64,000 nucleotides of DNA from Eledone cirrhosa. Lineage: Eukaryota. Shown one piece after another: positions 56,930 through 64,000 of this stretch. Both the position numbers and the translations under genes were made by a program. The stretch is from positions 247,814,001-247,878,000 of the forward strand of contig OZ024742.1 in the NCBI GenBank assembly GCA_964016885.1. The letters run 5' to 3'. Within the stretch, counting starts at the first letter, position 1. Every line of letters starts with the position of its first letter. The notes under the pieces were generated by a model, which searched no databases, was not told where the DNA came from, and saw only the letters and a program-made list of their open reading frames with translations.

Positions 56930-59900
56930 TAGTAAAACTCGCCCTGAAAGAAGATCTGCTTTGGTATCGAGGGAACGCGATCGCTATAGCATGGACATCG
57001 TTGCTCTTTCAGACAGAAACGAGATTGGCAGGTGAGGGTCAATTCACTGAACAGAAGGGAGGATATACCTTCTATTGGAGTGGTGGAGCAGAGGGTTGTA
57101 GGATAGAGGCAGGGGTCGCATTTGCAGTCAGGAATGGAATCGTCTCAAAGCTGGAAAATCTTCCTTGTGGATTCAATGATCGGATAATGTCCATGAGAGT
57201 CCCTCTGATTCAAATCTGCTTTGTGACTCTGGTCAGTAAGTACGCTCCTACTATATGTCTTTGAGAGAAGTCATCCATGGTATACCCAATGCAGACAAGA
57301 TTATCATCCTTGGTGATTTTAATGCACGTATTGGTAATGACTGGGAAGCTTGGAGTGTGATGGGCAAACATGGAGTAGGTAAGTGCAATAACAATGGTCT
57401 ACTTCTGTTGCAAATGTACACTGAGATGGATCTTGTTGTTGGGAACACGCTCTTTCAGCAGAAAGACAAATATAAGACAACTTGGATGCATCCAGGTTCC
57501 AAGAAGTGACACCTTATTGACTTCATTTTAACGAGAAAACGTGATATCAGGGATATCACATTGGTTCGTATAATGCAAGGTGCGGCATTTTGGACTGATC
57601 ATAGTCTGGTGCGCGCAAAGTTTCAATTTGTTGTGAAGCTCAAAGTAAGGGGGAAGAAGATTGCACTTCCAAAAAAACTAAACGTGGCTCGTCTGAAAGC
57701 AGAGTAAGTCAGAGCTGAGCTGTCGAGGTCCCTTGAGTCCATGGAACGTGAAAACATTTGGGAATCATTGAAAGAAACCGTCTATGATGAGTTTTGGGTC
57801 ATACCAATAGAAAGCATAAAGACTGGTTCGATGAAAATGATCCAGTGATCCAGACCTTGCTTGAAGAGAAAGAAAAAGTGCTGACATCATTGTTGTTTGA
57901 GACGGGAGTGACCGGACCTTCAGGCAGATCAAGGCACGTGTGCAACATCGATTGAGAGCCAGGCAGGATACCTGGTGCAGCCAAAAGGCTGATGAAATCC
58001 AGAAGGCCTCAGATAGACATGATACAAAGCTCCTATACAGTCTGCTCAGGGAGGTATATTGTCCGACCGGTTCACAAATATCACCACTTTGCTCCGAAGG
58101 AAATCCTGATCAGGTCGCATGACCACTTTGATGAGCTTCGCAACAGACCATCAGAAATTGATGATGAGTTCAATCGGTCGATTCCACACAGATCTACAAA
58201 GTTGGCAACGGCTGATCGTCCTTCATTTGATGAGGTATCGAAGGCCATTGTCAAATGAAACAGTGCAGGTCACCTGGAATGGATGGACTGAGTGCCGAGA
58301 TTTTCAAGTGTGCTGGTGATAACTTCTTAAACCGCCTCACTGATCTCTTTGTGAATGTTTAGAATGAAGAAGTGGTGCCACAGGATTGGAAAGTGCATTG
58401 ATGGTGGTACTTTACAAAGGAAAGATGACTGTGGCAACTACAGAGGTATTCCACTGCTATCTGTGGCTGGGAAGATCTTGTGCAGGATATTGTTGGACAG
58501 ATTGATACGGCACATTGCTGTTGAGATACTTCCTGAGTCCCAATGTGGCTTTAGGAATGGCAGAGGCACTGTTGACATGATCTTCTCGGCCAAACAACTT
58601 CAAGAGAAGTGCATTGAGCAGCGCATCGACTTATACCAAATTGTTGTCGATCTGACCAAGGCATTGACACCGTTAATCGGAAGGCTTTGTGGGTTATTTT
58701 GCAGATATCGGGCTGTCCTGAAAAGTTTGTGAACATTCTGAAACTCTTCCACGATGACATGCAGGCATGGGTGAATGTTGGAGGTAAACTGTCTGAGCCA
58801 ATCTCGGTTGAAAATAGTGTCAAGCAGGGTGATATACCTGCACTAACTTTGCTTGCCTTGTATTTCGCGATGGTGTTCTTCATGGTCTTCAGGGATTGTC
58901 AACACGGTATCTATCTCAGATAGCGCACTTCCGGCAAGCTGTTTAACCTTAGGCGTCTCACTGCTAACACTAAGGTACTGATACCTTGATCAGAGAATGT
59001 TTATATGCAGATGATTTTAATCTCTTTGCACACTCCCAGAGTGACATGCAACACCTTATGGATTCTTTTTCCAATGCGGGCAATGTTTTGCGACTGACAA
59101 TCAGTCTGAAGAAGACTGTCGTCATGTACCAATCTGCTCCGGATAAAAGTTTTCAATGAACCCTCCATACACGTATACGGTCAAAAGCTGAAAACTGCTA
59201 ACATATTTCTGTATTTGGGGAGTACTCTGAGTGTGATCTGCTCTCGATGCAGAAGTTGGTCTACGTGTTAGTAAGGCAAGTGAGTCATTTGGAAGGCTCA
59301 GCGACCGTCTTTGGTGCAGGCGAGGAATCACAGTGAGGACCAATGTGAGAGTGTATGTTGCATGTGTACTGCCAGCTTTGCTGTATGCATGTGAGACATG
59401 GGTTGCCTACAAACGGCATATCCACAGACTGGAGCGGTTTCACCAGCAGTGTCTCAGAAAGATGCTCGGTATCAAGTGGCAGATGCATGTGAGTGTTGAT
59501 GGGGTACTTGAGAGAGGTGAGTGTCGGAGCATTGAGAGTATCATCCACCAACGGTGTTTGCGATGGACCGGACACCTCTGCAGAATGGAGGATGATCGAA
59601 TCCCAAAACAACACTTGTATGCGAGCTTTGTGAGGGTAAGAGACCACCTCAGAAGCCAAGGCTCCGATTCAAGGATTGTGTAAAGGACTCATTTAAAAAA
59701 ACTGGTTTGATGATGGCTGACTGGGAGATAGAAGCTCTTGAAAGACGAACTTAGCTGGAATGGTGAATGATGGGGTCCATAATTTTGAGGACGCATAGGA
59801 CACGAGAAGATCAACTTGGATGTGCGTAAGAAATGCCCTGCTGTATCTCGCAAAACGATCGGTGTCTCCATTGAATTGAAGTGCCCTGAAATTGGAAGAA

Positions 59901-60155
59901 TGTGCTTGAGAAAATCTGGTCTCAGGAGCCACAGTTGCAGCCATGTTCAAAGAGAACCAGTGAACTATGATCTCCACGGTGTTGTGTGGGTTCACGGGCA
60001 ACCTGATGCAGGACCTCAAGCCAGAGAGATCCATAGTTGTCGTCAGTGTGTGAAGGAGTGCAAGTCTCTGGCAGGCTTGAAAAGCCATATCCGAGCGTCC
60101 CACATCTGAATCTGACAAGCGATTGCAATACTCTTGGCAGAGTTTGCAGCCATCA
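56930..60155 (+). mobile_element. RTE/BovB-like LINE, near full-length ORF but frameshifted
   Basis: ETRLAGEGQ..GYTFYWSG, ILGDFNARIG, DCGNYRGI.LLSVAGKI, PESQCGFR..TVDMIF, LLYACETW, and C-terminal C2H2-like CRQC..GLKSHIRASH. 3' end is GCAGCCATCAT. Confidence 0.92.
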
Positions 60156-60191
60156 TATTTACACAGACACACATACACACACACACAAACA

Positions 60192-60290
<99 letters not shown>

Positions 60291-60726
60291 CCCCCCCCAT
60301 ATATATATAATAAATGGGAGAGATGGTTTTAAATGTATATCTAATTTATTACATAATCCTGTTATACGTATTGCAAAGACATTAAAATGTTTCTGCAATA
60401 AACCTTTGATGTGTTCTCATCAGACATATTGCTGTGTTTTTGTTTTGGGGATGTTACTGGAGTTATGAGCGTGATGGTAGTATTCCACTACAGGAGGGAT
60501 AGGATGTACATAATATTGTACATAATATTGACAATATTTGATACCTTGCTAATACTTGAAGGAATTACTAGTGTGTTTACAGACAGTAGATTATTTTCCC
60601 AACCAACGTTTCTATACTTGAATAATATATATCAATTATTCAAGTATAGAAACGTTGGTTGGTTGTGCATTATACACAGATACCAAATGCAACGGATGCG
60701 ATGTAGCCTATTTGAATATACTTGAA

Positions 60727-60807
<81 letters not shown>

Positions 60808-60812
<5 letters not shown>

Positions 60813-61630
60813 ATATTAAATAAATGGAAACTATATTTATAAAACGATATTTATTCTATTACTAGCAGTGGTACCCGGCGTTGCACGGGATAAGGTATTG
60901 TGACATATATAACCGCTTTAGCTAAGCTAAGTATTGCCACAACCACGGCTGGCAAAGAAGTAAGGGTCCGGTGGTACGTAAATAAGCAACACTGGTTTTA
61001 AACGTGAGGAAGAAGTTGTGGCTCTTACCAACTGTTTGGGGAATGAGTGTGAGATGTCTTGAGCAAGGGTGGCAGAATAACCGGAGGCAGCAGACAGCCA
61101 GACATACAGACATATATTATAAGGGCGCGTTTTGGACGCAGAGCGAATTGTAGGTAGTGACGTAATGCAGACAGCCAGGCATACAAACATATATTATAAG
61201 GGCGCGACGTTATATGTATGTATCTATCTAAAAAGAGAAAGACTAAGAATTATAGAGAGAGATCGCTAAAATGGCTGATGCGATCCCTAGGGCATGAAAC
61301 ATTTGAAATTGTTTTTGTTTCCTCAGAACACTCCCTGACACATAAGTATTACATGTGTAAAGTTTGAAAACAGTCGGTTGGGTGCTCCTCTAGTTTTAGG
61401 GATTCAAACTCACACGCACACAGACAGACATCCTCAGTTTTATATATATAGATATATATTTCAAGGGTACCAAAACCTTGATACGTTCTCATCAGATAAA
61501 ATACAAAGTTTGTTTTATAAATATTGACATAACCAGGAAGAGATCTTAACGGTTAACATTCTTCCTGGATAAGTTTTGGTACCCTTGAAATATATATAAT
61601 AGAATAAATATGGTTTTATAAATATAGTTT
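60808..61630. mobile_element. HHR-bearing fold-back mini-element split by the Helitron
   Basis: Removing 60862-61452 restores a minus-strand HHR TATTTTAT-CTGATGA...GAAA-TATA-TA-TAATAGAATA that mirrors 61575-61630. A related copy lies at 8290-8430. Confidence 0.78.
60862..61452 (-). mobile_element. Non-autonomous Helitron (Lep1-like)
   Basis: On the minus strand it starts TCTATATATATAAAAC and ends with hairpin CCCGTGCAACGCCGGG plus CTAG. Inserted between A and T with no TSD. Internal CTGT-type repeats. Confidence 0.85.
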
Positions 61631-61888
61631 CCATTTATTTAATATCATTGAATATTATACTACAGAAAACTTGTCGAGTGCTTCGAATCAGTTATAAAAA
61701 TTTATATTTGTTGAATTACCAAGAAATTAAATATCCCTTTTGCTTATATATATATAAATACTTGAATAATAGTTTTATATATATATATTATTCAAGTATA
61801 GAAACGTTGGTTGATCAAATAATTTACATCGCATCCGTTGCGTTTTATATATACGCACACAGACACACACATATATATATATATATAA

Positions 61889-61919
<31 letters not shown>

Positions 61920-61983
61920 GGGGTAAAATACTGGAAGGTAATATCCTTATTGGTAGTGCACTCAGTCCATGGGACGAGTTAGG

Positions 61984-62107
61984 TAGAGGTGGTAACAGAA
62001 CAATTAGTTCACCATACCGAGAACTATTGTTTCACCGAACTGAGGATACGCCAAGGTGAAACAATTTTTCTCGGTATGGTGAACTAACTGTTGTGTTACC
62101 ACTTCTA
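61984..62107. repeat. Hairpin with ~52-bp arms and an HHR-like core spanning the loop
   Basis: TTAGTTCACCATACCGAGAA..TTGTTTCACC / GGTGAAACAA..TTCTCGGTATGGTGAACTAA, with CTGAGGA in the loop. Confidence 0.75.
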
Positions 62108-62131
62108 TATATATATATATATATATATATC

Positions 62132-62172
<41 letters not shown>

Positions 62173-62173
62173 C

Positions 62174-62207
<34 letters not shown>

Positions 62208-62650
62208 CAAAATTCAACGGAAGCGATATAAGAAAACATCCTCCCAGTCACCCATCCATCCATCCATACAAAAGATAGACGATTACACAAGAGGCGAAGA
62301 CAATTTACTTTCTTTACAATCGTGCCACTGGGAAGGTGGCCGGTCAAAAATAAACTTAAAATTAAGAGACAGAAATAACATACATGCATACATATAAAAA
62401 TACATACACATATACATACATATATACATGCACACATACATACATATATACATGCACACATACATTCATACATACATATTTATCCGTATGTTTTTGTATA
62501 TCTATACCATTAATTATCTACACAAGAATATAGTCACTCCCTTCCCTCACTCCCAACTCTCTCTTTATATATATGCGTGTGTATGTTTGTCTGGGGTGTA
62601 CGGGTTTGTGTATGTATGCATATATATATATATATATATATGGAGAGAGA

Positions 62651-62696
<46 letters not shown>

Positions 62697-62705
62697 GATA
62701 TGTAC

Positions 62706-62775
<70 letters not shown>

Positions 62776-62788
62776 GTACATCTATAAC

Positions 62789-62961
<173 letters not shown>

Positions 62962-63198
62962 TGAGAGAGAGAGAGAGAGAGAGAGTGAGAGAGAGAGAGA
63001 GAGATAGAGAGATGGAGACAGTTTACTCATCATCCTCAAGGAAATACATGATTTATTAGCCATCCTTTGTATTATTGACTCAAAGACGTAGTTCTTGTCA
63101 TCACTTCAGCCATAAGACATCTACACCATTAATTGAAATGTAGCTCAAGTGTATCATGTAATATTCAGTCACGCTGCCGCAGCAGCAGCAGCAGCACC

Positions 63199-63230
<32 letters not shown>

Positions 63231-63922
63231 GTTGGTCACCTGCTTAACAAAGAATGCACATTACCCTCGTCAGCGGAAATTAAACTTCCTGTCCGGTTCC
63301 AGCCACTATAATATCCATTGGTTTGTCGCCAATAACGTTGCTCGATGGGAGGAGAATTTTTCTGATTTGTTATTGCCGAATAAAAGTCCTGCACTTGTAA
63401 ATATATTTTGGCGTTTATTTCACTTAAGTTGATCTAGAAGTCCATAGTTCTCAGGCTGGACATATTCCCTAATGCTACTGCACGAACTAAAAACAAACAG
63501 TTTAGCAAAGTGATTTTATTTTTCTTGCCTCACCTTTACTTAATGTTCTAGCAATGAAATTTATAGGCCGGAGGTGTAATTATGTGAATAACAAAGCGAG
63601 TTTCCGTTGAGAGTCAGCCATATTGGTTGCTGTTAAATCTAGCCAAACATAGAGCATACGTGAGTGGATTAACGCGGGAATAATTAAGTTTAGTATTCTA
63701 GGAGCCTGAATTGCATAATATTAACTTTGTTATGCACCGTGCGTTGCTCCACAACTAATATATAATATAAGGTCAGTTTGATATATTGATGTATTGTTGA
63801 AGATGTACTGGGATCGAGCTGGTCAGGAATCTTTAAAACTAAAACATGAGTGTTTTAATATGAACACAGTGACGGCTAAATATATTATATTACTATATTA
63901 CAGGTATATGCTTGGGGCACCA

Positions 63923-63962
<40 letters not shown>

Positions 63963-64000
63963 TGTGTGTGTGTGTGTATGTTTGTCTGTGAATATATGTG

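Overview
Eukaryotic, AT-rich, microsatellite-saturated DNA. The SINE families and repeat landscape point to an octopus/cephalopod genome (inference). No host protein-coding gene, rRNA, true tRNA or CRISPR array is supported, and almost all short ORFs in the track are (TA)n/(CA)n/(GA)n/trinucleotide artefacts. Real coding content is retroelement-derived: one apparently intact L1/Tx1-clade LINE (ORF1 16119-18020, ORF2 18054-21491), a decayed Tx1 copy, three RTE-clade remnants and five Penelope-like (GIY-YIG) elements or remnants. There are also many tRNA-derived SINEs and a non-autonomous Helitron. The most notable signal is invisible in the ORF track: a dense set of non-coding, (TA)n-embedded, tandem and/or fold-back elements carrying type I hammerhead ribozymes (HHRs). 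These include retrozyme-like monomers of ~315, ~466 and ~630 bp and palindromic mini-elements, some sharing termini and ribozymes with Penelope-like elements in the same window. They include a U3-A8 core variant family and a recurrent U.U mismatch at the base of stem II. All structures were read by eye, so edge coordinates are approximate.
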